64,000 nt of DNA from Eledone cirrhosa. Lineage: Eukaryota. The stretch's first letter is position 1. Every line of letters starts with the position of its first letter. The stretch is from assembly GCA_964016885.1 (NCBI GenBank), contig OZ024741.1, positions 160,952,001 through 161,016,000 on the forward strand, in the 5' to 3' direction. The position numbers were made by a program, and so were the translations under genes. This document shows, piece by piece, positions 13,966 through 25,563 of this stretch. The notes beneath the pieces were generated by a model that was given only the letters and a program-made list of their open reading frames with translations, was not told the origin of the DNA and searched no databases.

Positions 13966-14306
13966 GTCAATTAGATCCCTAGGGATTTTTGTACAAGTTG
14001 ACAACATGTTATGTATACATATATATAAATCTATATATACACATGCACATATACATGCACTCCCATCTATATCTATATCTATATATATTGAGTGAGTGAG
14101 AAAGACCAGATGTCATTATTGAAAGTCTCTGGATTTTGCAAAGGTAAGATATTTTTCCGAAAAAATTTTATTGCACTGTTTTGTTTAAACTTATGTATTT
14201 TTTGAAATTGTTAATTATTCATTGTAAAAATTAAATGATAACAATCCATATGCAGGTGGGTCCCCTTCATCTGGCAACCAATATTTTTAGACCCAGTCTG
14301 CCACTG
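12779..14306. mobile_element. non-autonomous DNA transposon with 14-bp TIRs (hAT-like CAG ends) and nested insertions
   Basis: cagtggcagactgg at 12779 and ccagtctgccactg ending at 14306. The right end is duplicated at about 15305-15579. Confidence 0.6.
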
Positions 14307-15586
14307 TATATATATATATCACATAAGAAATGGAGAATCAGTGGTGCGACGAATAAAATTTATTAGACATATTACAATCGTTTCTCTGGCGACCAGCTCA
14401 AGGCACGATCGATGTAATGATCGAACCTGACTCTGAAATTGCAAGGTCGTCAGATATGTCTCGATTCTACGAAGCAGAGTTTCCAATTATATATATATAT
14501 ATAATGCCAATCATTGTAAGTTTGAATCTGACATGCAAAAACATATATATATGAATAAAGTAAGCCCAAATCATTGTAGATTCAAATATCACAGACAGAA
14601 AGAGAGAGAGGGGCGGATGGAGGGGAGAAATGAGGTGCAACAGAAATGAAACATGGATTACAGCTTAAAATATAGTTTAGATAGATGAGAAACAAAACGA
14701 GGATGTAGTTTATGAAACACCCAAATGATTTAGAAGTCAATTTTAAGTAGGAGCAATAACATTAAGAAAGTTATGATCGACACCACATCATTTTGTTTTG
14801 AAAATTTTGAAAATTTTGTTTTGAAAATTTTGAAAATTTTGTAAGTAGGCTTATAAGTATGAATTTTCATAAGATTTTCATAGCTGTCTCAATGGACTAG
14901 CAGTAGGTACTAGAGACGGTGGAGATCCTGGTCTTGGGTTCAATCCTGGTTGAGAGGTTCATGTAATCTTTTTCAGTTTTTATTTTACAACCCATAGAAA
15001 AAAATTGAAAAGGCCTACTGGGAACCCTACTCCTGCCAAAGATCGAACTTCAGACAAGGACCACCTCCGTCTATGATTCTTCAAACTAGGCCACCAAGAC
15101 TGCTACAAAAGTATAATGAAAATTAATAATTATAAACCTACTTTCAAAATCAAAGTTAAAAAGTTGCGTCGTTCATGGCTTTCCTAGAGTTATTAGTCAT
15201 ATTTAGGGTCGACTTGTCAATCTTCTGGCTATTATTATTCCTATGTGTGTTTAACTGTTGAATTGATTTAATTTGATTATTTTAACAAACAAATAATATA
15301 TATATACCCATATACACGCACTCCCATATATATATATATATATTGAGTGAGTGTGAAAAACTAAAGGTCATTATTGAAAGTCTCTGGATTTCGCAAAATA
15401 CATTTTTATTGGAGAAAGTAAGATATTTTTCTGCAAAAATTTGATTGCACTGTTTTGTTTCTACTTATGTATTTTTTGAGAATGTTATTTATTCATTATA
15501 AAAATTAAATGATAGCATTCTATATGTAGGTGGGCCCTCTTCATCTGGCAGTCAATATTTTAGACCCAGTCCGCCACTGTATATAC

Positions 15587-15631
<45 letters not shown>

Positions 15632-15734
15632 CACACAAACATATAAATGCTTGTTTTATGGGTATGAGTAATAAATATGTACTGAATGAAGGATTCATAT
15701 AGTGTTTACCGAGCAAATATTAACAACTACATAC

Positions 15735-15850
15735 CTCTTTGTCCCTTTGTGGAAGCAAGCAAGGATAACCTCGTTCAAGGCAGGGTCGCACTGACTCTAA
15801 AGTCAGGTCGGATGTGAGTTGAGGATAGTTTTTATGAAACTTTTGATGTC
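15735..15850 (-). CDS. RLBP1-like coding exon 2
   Basis: Not in the ORF track; read manually. ttgtAG|GA, then HQKFHKNYPQLTSDLTLESVRPCLERGYPCLLPQRDKE|GTATGT. 116 nt, completes the split Gly codon and ends in phase 0. Confidence 0.9.
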
Positions 15851-16034
15851 CTACAAGGAATTGAAAATAAATATATTTTGTTTCAACTCAACTAATTTAA
15901 ACATATATAATGATTTTTTTATAATCCAAACATATGCATATATATATATATATCATCATCATCATTTTATGTCCGCATTTCCCTTCTTGCAAGGGTGGGA
16001 TGGGTCCTTTTCAGCACAGCATCTCACACAGGCA

Positions 16035-16810
16035 TCATATAACTGGCCTTTCATTCGCAGGGAGAAACCCTTCTTTGTCAACAGAGGGAGCAGTTCCCTA
16101 AACTTCTTCCAACCCATCCTTATTCTAGATACTATGGCCTTGGAGCACGCTCCTCCCTTGCTAATCTGATCACCTAGGTATTAGAAGCTATCAACCATCT
16201 CTATAGACCCTACCTGCATTTGAAAAATGTGTCTATCACTGCCACTTCTACTATCAAATTTCCCTGAACATCTACTGCATATGTAATTTTCCCTACCTGT
16301 TAGTTTGCCTGCTATCCCACTACACCTCTTGTGTACCCAAGATCTGCATTGTATACATTCTATAAAATTTATGCCAGTTCCTTTTCTGCATATCGAACAT
16401 GGATATTTCCCTGATGGAATCTGAGTTTCGTCCTCGCTCCTACTTATCAACACTTTAGTCTTAGCTTGGTTCACTCTCAAACCTCTTGATTACAACTGCT
16501 GTTTCCATAGCCAGAATTTATTCTCTAGCTTCTCTTCTGATTCTGCTATAAGAACCAGATTGTCAGCATAGAGAAGTTCCCATGGTCAGCCAGTCTTAAA
16601 CTCCTCTGTTATGGCTTGGAGAACTATAATGAATAAGAGTCGGCTGAGGACCGAACCCTGATGCACTCCTACTTGTATCTGGAATTCCTCTCTAAACTCC
16701 ATTCCTACTCTCACTTTACTGACAGCACCTCTGTTCATAGCTTGCACTGTCCTCACAAGCCATTCCTCTACATCTAATTTCCTTAGGGACCACCAGATGA
16801 CAGATCGGAG
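16035..16810 (-). mobile_element. decayed RTE LINE RT fragment
   Basis: ORFs 16586..16843 and 16181..16480 contain GVHQGSVLS.LLF, ELLYAD and the PHD-like insert; stops are present. Confidence 0.88.
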
Positions 16811-16924
16811 TATTGCTGGCCTTGTGCCTATATCAGAAACCATAGTACAGGTAATGCACTGGCTAATTGCTGGCCTTGTGCCTAAAGTAGAAACAATTAT
16901 TATTATTATTATTACCAGTAATAG

Positions 16925-17108
16925 GGCGGTGGATTGGCAGTATCGGTAGAGGGTCGGACGTCATGCTTTCCAGCATAGTGACGTCCCTTTACGATCTGAG
17001 TTCAAATCCCGCCGAGGTTGACTTTGCCTTTCATCCTTACGGGGTCGATAAAATAAAGTACCAGTAATACACTGGGTAATTGCTGGCCTTGTGCCTATAG
17101 TAGAAACA

Positions 17109-17166
<58 letters not shown>

Positions 17167-17562
17167 GGGCGGTGGATTGGCAGTATCGGTAGAGGGTCGG
17201 ACGCCATGCTTTGCAGCAAAGAGTTACGAGCCTTTATGATCTGAGCTCAAATCCCGCCAAGGTTAACTTTGCCTTTCATCCTTATGGGGTCGATAAAATA
17301 AAGTACCAGTCACGCACTGGGTCGATTTAATCGACTTTCTCCTCCCCCCCAAATTACTGGCCTTGTGCCTATATAAGAAACCATGGCAGTATCGGTAGAG
17401 GGTCGGACGCCATGCTTTCCAGCATAGTTACGTCCCTTTACGATCTGAGTTCAAATCCCGCCGAGGTTGACTTTGCCTTTCATCCTTACGGGGTCAATAA
17501 AATAAAGTACCAGTAATGCACTGGGTAATTGCTGGCCTTGTGTCTAAAGTAGAAACAATTAT
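16925..17562 (+). mobile_element. cluster of three tRNA-derived SINE copies (most abundant family here)
   Basis: Repeated ggattggcagtatcggtagag...gagttcaaatcccgccgagg...gcctttcatccttacggggtcgataaaataaagtaccagt with (ATT)n tails. Other copies lie at about 10555, 11085(-), 30645(-), 33670(-), 33840, 38685(-), 40955(-), 50520, 50725(-) and 53380(-). Confidence 0.85.
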
Positions 17563-17654
17563 TATTATTGCTGTTGTTGTTGATGATGATTTACAGAGTA
17601 ATCTTTATTTCCCTTTTCGTACATGATATATATATATATCATGTACGAAAAGGG

Positions 17655-17742
<88 letters not shown>

Positions 17743-17747
17743 ATATA

Positions 17748-19042
17748 CAGGGTGCTGACAATATTTGTTCGCAAGATTATTGTCTAGGAAAAAATAATAT
17801 AGTAGTTTTATTTTTTAAGATATATTTATCAAACTTGGGTCAGTTTGTCTTCATGACTTGTTCTTTCGTTCTCACTCGATAAACCCGTCATTGGCTTTGA
17901 TGACGGCCTCAAGGCGGCCTCGGAACCGGCTACAAGCCTTCGTCACTGTCCCCCGACTTAGGCCCCTAAAGGCACTTGTGATCCTGGCCTTCAGATCGTC
18001 TTTCGTATTGCAGCTAGATCTATTGGTGTCTCGTTCCACTGCGCCCCACACAAAGAAGTCGAGGGGGTTGCAGTCAGGCGGGCTGGGAGGCCAGATGTCA
18101 GGGGAAGTGTGGTCGACGAAGTTCTCTGACAGCCAGGCTTGGGTTTTTCGGCTGGTATGGCAGGGCGCTGAGTCTTGCTGCCACACGTACGGCCTACCTG
18201 CAGCTACCTGGTCGATCCAGGGCTTTACTACCTCGCTCAGAACGCAGATGTAACCATCGGTGTTCAGCTTGAGGCCCTCAGGGAAGAAGTGAGGTGGCAT
18301 GACGTCACCTTGACTGCTGACGACACCTAAGACCAATGTTGTCGCTGGAAACTTTGTCTGCATGACAATGGGCACGTCTTTGGATGAGACAGCGAGCCAC
18401 CTGTTGTTCTGGGAGTTGATCTTCTGGTCTTGGCAGAAGTTTTTCTCGTCGGAGAAAAACCACAGCATGTCTGGCTCCAGTGGGTGTTTCAACTTGTTGA
18501 TCAGCTTCTTTGCGTGCTTCAATCGCTTTGCTTGCATCGCCTTTGACAGAAATTGTTCTTTCCTCATCTTGTATGAAACGTAGCGAATGTCTCCATGTAC
18601 CACCAGCCTAATGAGCTTTTCATCCACGCCTTTCTCCCTTGCACGCATCGACTTGCTAGGTACATTGTTGATGATATCCTGAACTTCAGCGATGAACCCT
18701 GGCGTTCTGAAGGCGTCAGATCGTCGATCATTTGTTTTCCTCTCTGATGTTGCTTCGTAGTCGAATCCTGAATCTTCCAATTCCTTTCTGACCTTTTCCA
18801 CCATTCTCATGCTGACACTTAGAAAGTCTGAAATTTCCTTATTTGTCCTCTCGGCGCGGATTCCAAGAACTCCGTGTCTCTTCCACAAATTTGGAGATTC
18901 AAAATTATTCATAATCCATTATTCTGAAAATAAATAATGGAAATATAGTCATTGTTTTTATGAAGACAAGAGTGACAACGGAAGTAAAAAAAATTTACAT
19001 AAAATTAGCGGTTGAAAATTGCGAACAAATATCGTCCGCAGC

Positions 19043-19045
<3 letters not shown>
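17748..19045 (-). mobile_element. Tc1/mariner DD37D (maT-type) transposon, full length (1298 bp)
   Basis: 27-bp TIRs at 17748-17774 and 19019-19045 (3 mismatches), TA flanks and an intact transposase ORF. Confidence 0.95.
17872..18912 (-). CDS. DD37D transposase, 346 aa
   Basis: FSDEK...WQQDSAPCHT...WPPSPPDCNPLDF. There are 37 residues between the second and third catalytic D. Confidence 0.93.
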   Translation of the reverse strand: MNNFESPNLWKRHGVLGIRAERTNKEISDFLSVSMRMVEKVRKELEDSGFDYEATSERKTNDRRSDAFRTPGFIAEVQDIINNVPSKSMRAREKGVDEKLIRLVVHGDIRYVSYKMRKEQFLSKAMQAKRLKHAKKLINKLKHPLEPDMLWFFSDEKNFCQDQKINSQNNRWLAVSSKDVPIVMQTKFPATTLVLGVVSSQGDVMPPHFFPEGLKLNTDGYICVLSEVVKPWIDQVAAGRPYVWQQDSAPCHTSRKTQAWLSENFVDHTSPDIWPPSPPDCNPLDFFVWGAVERDTNRSSCNTKDDLKARITSAFRGLSRGTVTKACSRFRGRLEAVIKANDGFIE

Positions 19046-19087
<42 letters not shown>

Positions 19088-19117
19088 AACAAAAGATGGT
19101 TAAAAGAGTTCCATGTA

Positions 19118-19184
19118 TTTTATTATGCGCATTTCAAAAACAAATATCATCATGCAATAATATTTGTGTTTTCATCAGATAAAA
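19118..19184 (-). ncRNA. type I hammerhead ribozyme motif
   Basis: Minus strand reads ttttat-CTGATGA-aaacacaaatatt...gatatttgttttt-GAAA-tgcgca-TA-ataaaa. Confidence 0.8.
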
Positions 19185-19711
19185 CAGGAGGACATGATAT
19201 GAAGGTTAAAAAACACTTGTGGATAGTTCAGTTTTAAATCAACATAAATACATGGAACTCTTTTAACCATCTTTTGTTCTTATATATTATGTATACTCCA
19301 GTCCTACAAACTGTAGAGTGCTTCTTATCCGATATCTGCATTGCTTTATTGTACTACAATAAAACTCACCTCCTACATATATATATATATGAAGTAATTC
19401 CGTCGGAAAAGTCCAGGAAAAAAGAGTGCTCTATGTAGGTAACAGAGCTTAATTATTATTTAATAAACAACATAAGGCAATTATTCCATTTACCAGTGGT
19501 TTCTTAAAAGCAAAAGGTTTTGCCTTCAATCCTCAATGAAAAAATCCTGGTCTGTTTATTGAATTTGGATTTTAAAAACAAAAATGCAATCTATATGAAA
19601 GTGAGGCTGGAGAAGGAAGAAGGAAAGGAAAAATAAAATAAAACTACACATGCAAACACACACACAAAAAACCCACAAACGCATACATACATACACACAT
19701 ATATATATATA

Positions 19712-20659
19712 TTGATTTTCTTGATGAGTTTTTCTAAGTATTTACCCATGTTTTATATTGCCTCGTCTGACGAACGAATGAAGACGTTTCTTTCGTATTC
19801 GCCTCATTCGGGAAACCTCTGGTTCTCTCCTCCCTTCTCACTCAACGTTAAAACCAATGTAGGCAAAACATTTTTAGCCCTCTTAGATAGACACTTTCCC
19901 ATAGGTCATAAATACCGCTCCATCTTTAACTGACACAAAGTAAAACTAGGATACTCCTGCGCTAAGAACATGAAGGCCCACATCACCAACAGCCCTAAGA
20001 ACAACACCCCACCAAGGTGCTCTTGCTGTAAGCCCGAAGCTTGTCCCCCCCAACAGCAATGCAACACATCCGCTATAGTTTATGAAGCTGTGGTCACTTC
20101 CAACCGACCAAATCAACCACAGGAGGTCAAATCCTATGTGGGTATGGCGGAGGGCCGATTTAAGGAACACTTCCTGAAACATCAGTCGACCTTTAGGTAC
20201 CCGGACAGACGTTCATCCACGAAACTCGCGAGCCACGTATGGTCCCCCAAGGACTCAAGTATAGACTACTCCATTCAATGGAAAACCATCACTAAGTCGT
20301 GTGGACTATGTATTGATGAACGAATAAATATTCTAAAGAGATTACGCAATAGTGATTGCCTAAACACGAGAAATGAATTCTTCACACGTTGTCCACACGT
20401 CTGGAAACACAAAGCTCCGGATTGGATTACAACAACCTCCTAATTTTCTTATCAACTAGAAACTTTCGGACTTTCGCAGTTATCTCCCTTACACCTCTCG
20501 CACGCAACTTAGTATTGCCTGTGTGAAGTAATCGTTTCTGCGCATGCGCGTTCGTACGGTTGTCCTTCCTGTTCCGTATAACCATGTCCATTACGAGCTG
20601 AGGATCCGCTAAGGTGAAATAATTGTTCTTGGTATGGTGAACTAACTGTTGTGTAACCA

Positions 20660-20660
<1 letters not shown>
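19712..20660 (+). mobile_element. Penelope-like element 3' fragment (RT tail, Cys linker, GIY-YIG) with hammerhead
   Basis: [39 protein letters not shown]...SYVGM, CGLC and LNTRNEF..CPH. Frameshifted. Confidence 0.88.
20594..20631 (+). ncRNA. minimal type I hammerhead ribozyme motif
   Basis: cgag-CTGAGGA-tccgctaaggt-GAAA-taattg-TT-cttg, in the 3' end of the PLE fragment. Confidence 0.7.
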
Positions 20661-20747
<87 letters not shown>

Positions 20748-20767
20748 CATATATATATACATCTTAC

Positions 20768-21029
20768 CTTTTAATAATGCATATGTTTTCTTGACATCAA
20801 ATTTTCGGGCTCGTAGGAACCTCAACAAAAAATCATCATCTTTTTTCTCTACTATTTCAAAGACCTCTTTCCCTTCATCACAGCTTTTATTCTCTACAAT
20901 AACTTTACGCAGTTCACTGATACATGTTGCTGGTTTATCTTCTGTTTCATAAAGTTCGATCCGGGCTTTTTCTACCAATGTTGGTGTTAAGGAGCCCTTC
21001 TTTAAAATGTGATCATAAACTGACGTCAT
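20768..21029 (-). CDS. CRAL-TRIO protein (RLBP1/CRALBP-like), coding exon 1 (CRAL-TRIO N domain)
   Basis: ATG at 21029 with an upstream in-frame stop. Encodes MTSVYDH...DDDFLLRFLRARKFDVKKTYALLK(G). Donor GTAAGA at 20767 and upstream acceptor ttgcAG at 21062. 262 nt, phase 1. Confidence 0.92.
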
Positions 21030-21794
21030 GTTTAAAGGAAGTTACCAGCTACACAAGAAATCTGCAAGAGATTTTAAAAGCATAGAATTATTTTCAGAGT
21101 TGTATTTCTCTGGCAAGTGACTTGATCTGCGACTGCGTGTTAAAACTAAAACAATTACATCATGGAAGAACCATTTTAACCATTAAAAAAAAACCAACTT
21201 TTAAAGACTGTTAAATTCACTTTATTTTTATTATATATTTCTTGGTTTTAAAGATTTTATCGCATGGTTTGTGACCTGATCACTGACATAGTACCATTGC
21301 AACTGACTTAAGACTTAGTTTCTGTGATATGCAGTGTTTAATACAATAAAGGTGTCACATAATTGTTATTTTCTTTAGGCAACATGTAACAGAATCCCTC
21401 AAGGATTTTGTAGCCTGACTAAAAATTTTGGAGTTGTATTTGTTTTAGAAATGACTTCAACCAAGGCTTGTTCAACTGATAATCAATACTTTTCTGTAAT
21501 ATATATGGTCTCTACCATTCAATTTCTGAAATCTCACACTTAGGGGAGGAAAAGAAAAATATTTCATATAATCTATGAAAACTTCTAAAAACCTCTAAAA
21601 ACTTTTAGAATAATTTCAACTAAAGCTTATACATTGCCACTTATAACTATAACATCAGCTGGGCACTATAAATAATAGCTTTAGAAAATTGGGTAGAATA
21701 TCCTGAAAAAAGGAAAAGAATAACTTTACTCACCAAGGCTAAACGATAGAGAACAATATAATACCTATATATATATATGTATAAATCACTACCT

Positions 21795-22120
21795 CCCTAC
21801 GGACAACTGATGCTGCACACCAGTTCCAGACACGGAAGAGCTGAACTCCCACTGTCATCACCTCCATCTCTCTTGCCCTCCCCATCTCTCTGTATTATGA
21901 GCAAATGGGGTCCCATGTGCTGGCCTTCCCACAGCCCCGGCAGACAGAATGAAGAAGGCGTTTCCCCAGAGGATGGTAAGGGAGATGCACTGGAAGAGCC
22001 ATTCCATCTCGCGAGTCTCACACTTGCGGCTAGCCAGCTCAGTGTCTATGGTGGTAAGTAGTGAGGTGGCCCTTTGGCCAAGGACACCAGAAGTCTCCAC
22101 TGCTAGGGGCATGACTGCAA
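21795..22120 (-). mobile_element. CRE-like non-LTR retrotransposon 3' fragment (restriction-like endonuclease C-terminus)
   Basis: PLAVETSGVLGQRA..LL...RE..WLFQCISLTILWGNA..IL. A related 3' end lies at about 60090-60170. Confidence 0.7.
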
Positions 22121-23129
22121 ACCTGTCAGAACCTCAGTGGTGGAAAAAAAAAAGTTTACTTCTAGCTTTAGCCATAAACTGTTTATAGCTCCTTAAACTG
22201 GATAAAATCAGTTGTCAACCACCCTTTAGCATAATGGATAACATACATGAATAGTATTCGAGATACTTTGGTCTGTTTTATCAGCAGTGTGTGTGTGTAT
22301 ATATATATATATATTGTTATACTTTAGGAGGATCATGTTGCCAATAAAAACACACGCATCCGTTGGGTTTCACTTTAATTTATTATAAATTTATAAATTG
22401 AAGTGAAAACCAACAATTGCTTGTATTTTTATTGCCAGCATAACCCCCCCCCCCCCCACAAAGTATAACATTATTTGTTTCAACACACGTTTTCAGATAA
22501 GAATTCTGGCAAAACAAATTCAAAAATGAAATATATATATACATAGGAATTGATTTTAAAGTAATTTTTAAAATATTGGGAATTATCCCAATATTTTACA
22601 AACGACTTGAATTGACTGGTTATTATTTTTTCTAAGAATTAAAAAAAAATCTGAAACCACATTGTAATATATAGAAACCAAACTGTAAAACCACACTAAT
22701 AATATATAGAAACCATATAATATGATGGTTGCAGCCCGATGAAGTCTACCACGCCATACCAGTAATTAGTGTAGGTTTGCCTGTTGTTTATATGCTAGGA
22801 GTATTTTGGGCATAGTTCTGAAAGATATTATTGTTTGTCTTTTTTTACTTCATGTCTAGTGTAGTATATATCTAGTAAGTCTGGCTGAGTTTAGGTGTAT
22901 TGACAATATTTGATTGAGTTCATTGGTTTGGAGGTACTTTGTGTTTATATCAGGGTGTTAGGAAAGGTATCCAGCCACACAAACCAAGCCAAAACAGAGC
23001 ATAATGAGCATATGAGTACATGAGTACCTGACTGGTCAAGAATCAGCATGTAAAAAAATCTGTCTAAGCTTGAACAATAGACATTAAACAGTGATGATGA
23101 TGCATAATGTATGTATACTAAACACAAGC

Positions 23130-23329
23130 NNNNNNNNNNNNNNNNNNNNNNNNNNNNNNNNNNNNNNNNNNNNNNNNNNNNNNNNNNNNNNNNNNNNNNN
23201 NNNNNNNNNNNNNNNNNNNNNNNNNNNNNNNNNNNNNNNNNNNNNNNNNNNNNNNNNNNNNNNNNNNNNNNNNNNNNNNNNNNNNNNNNNNNNNNNNNNN
23301 NNNNNNNNNNNNNNNNNNNNNNNNNNNNN
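23130..23329. other. assembly gap (200 N)
   Basis: Run of N. Confidence 1.
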
Positions 23330-23711
23330 TTATGACCATATAACAGCATTAGACTTGGGGATTCCCCTAAAAGTTTCTAAACCAAAAGGGTTCCACATTT
23401 GAAAAAGTTTGGGAAACCCTGTCCTATGGGGTCAAACTCAACTGCTTACACTATAATACTAGATAGATTGTACCTGTAATTCAAAGGTCAAGCATTGTCA
23501 CATCCTTACATAGAATGTTATAATCAAGTATACATTAAATTAAATTTATCTTTGTTATAAACCCATCATTTTCAACATGTACTATGCTAGTATACACACA
23601 CACATATATATGTATATATCTTTATGTGGTTGATAGTTGAGCGAAAAGAGTACTCAATACCATAGTAGAGTTTTAACAGGCGAAACTCCAGAGTAACAAT
23701 ACTCACTATTT

Positions 23712-24180
23712 AGCCTTACCAGACTCTGAACGCCTTGCTTCCCTGGGCATGGATACATTGAAGCTCTGACATCTGGCAACTGACTTGGTAAACACCCACA
23801 AAGTTATCAACTATCTTGCCAACAACAACCCTGAACCCCTTTTTGAATTCCAAGTGTCTAACACACATGGGCATACCTACAAAGTCAAAAAACAGCACAG
23901 ATCCCATGACTTTTGGAAACATTTTTTCACGCTGAAGCATTGAACAAACTACCTGCATCAGTTGTTAGCTGTCGAGACACTGCATCCTTTAAAACCTCCA
24001 TGCTTCCTGAAATTCGCCAACACTACACCTGATATCCCCCCTCCATACACATGCACATGTATATCATGACTCATACACTGTTCACTTTCCTGACATTTGT
24101 ACATTATTCTAAGTACTATACATGCACCTTTGATGAGTTGTAGTGCACCTGAGCACTGTACACAATAATTTAAATTTAAT
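23712..24180 (+). mobile_element. CR1/L2-group LINE 3' fragment
   Basis: GMDTL..LATDLVNTHKVI...THGHTYKV..FWKHFF. The tail is duplicated at about 24480-24590, and the same family occurs at 63330-64000(-). Confidence 0.75.
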
Positions 24181-24643
24181 GATTATTATTATGAGTGAGT
24201 TTGTGTGTGCAGAAATATATACTCACACACACATAGAAGGAGATTCCCACTTATTTAGACAATAGTTAATAAAGGACATTGATTAATACACACAAGCCAG
24301 TGACACATTCATTTTCTCTCTCCACCTTGATTTCTGACTCAAACAAATAAATTACCTCCCTTTCCCACACTCTCCCATTTCCCTCTACTATTATTTTAAA
24401 CTTTCCACACCCCTTGTGTTTGAATGTTTGTAGAAATGGATGAAACATAGAGTCCTCTTTTATTACAAAAGTATCTCACCCACATACATTCATATTTCCT
24501 CACTTTTGTACATTATTCTATGAACTATACATGCACCTTTGATATGTTGAAGTACACCTGAGCACTGTACACAATAATTTTCATTATTATTACTATTTTT
24601 TTGATAATATATATATGTGTGTGTGTGTTTCCTAGATTGTTTG

Positions 24644-24689
<46 letters not shown>

Positions 24690-24691
<2 letters not shown>

Positions 24692-25563
24692 CAATAATTA
24701 AAGTCAAATGTGTAAAATTTGGCTTCGTTTATTATAAATTATAGATATACTGCTATATATATTTCGGTGACAGCCATCATTGCCTGTGACCTCTTCAGGC
24801 AGTCCGAATTGGTGTGGGAAAGACAGGTACACATGTTGTTGAAGGGTGTTTTACTCCGTCAATACATCGATATGTCCAGTTCTTGGTTGTGTTGTTATTT
24901 CTCTGAGGAACAGGAATCATATGAGTTAGAACAAACGAATTTCGGTGTCATAGGACACGCTCGCATCCCATTGGTCAGTTGTGAGAACATTCCTCAGTCA
25001 AAAGTCTATAGAAATTTTTCTGAGGCAAGACAATCTGTTGTAGTTGTTTTTGTTTAAGTACAGCTGACCTCCTCCATTGTGTTGGTAGTGGTAGTGGTAT
25101 TAAGGGGTCAGCTGGCAGGTCAGCTTTAGTGTGCTGCTGCTATGTTCAGAAGAATTTGTGTGTGTAGGTTAGCATCTATCCTGCCACCATTTCACGTGGT
25201 GGGGGGTGCCAAACAAATAAAAAAAAATAAAAAAAATACGTGTGTGTGTTACAACCAATATCAAAATTTGAAAGGTTTGAAAAATATTAACTGAAGTAGA
25301 AAACCTGTGTGTCAGAATCGAGAAGTGTAAAGAATTACAATTCTTATACTATCATCGAGTGGTGCATTTTAAGAGCAAATGAGTAAAGTGGAGTGTAAAA
25401 CACCAAAAACCTGAGTGTCAAAATCCGGATTTCCCACACCAATTCGGACTGCCTGAAGAGGTCACATCCAATGATGTCTCTCACCGATATATATATATAG
25501 CAGTATATCTATAATTTATAATAAACGAAGCCAAATTTTACATATTTGACTTAATTATTTTAC
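24690..25563. mobile_element. PLE-type element with about 130-bp inverted terminal repeats, each holding a hammerhead
   Basis: 24690-24821 is the reverse complement of about 25430-25563. Confidence 0.75.
24749..24803 (-). ncRNA. type I hammerhead ribozyme motif
   Basis: actgc-CTGAAGA-ggt...acc-GAAA-tatata-TA-gcagt. The inverted copy at 25448-25504(+) has GAAA changed to GATA. Confidence 0.85.

Noticed and set aside
22945-23402. ORFs spanning X runs
   Set aside because: Artefacts of the N gap.
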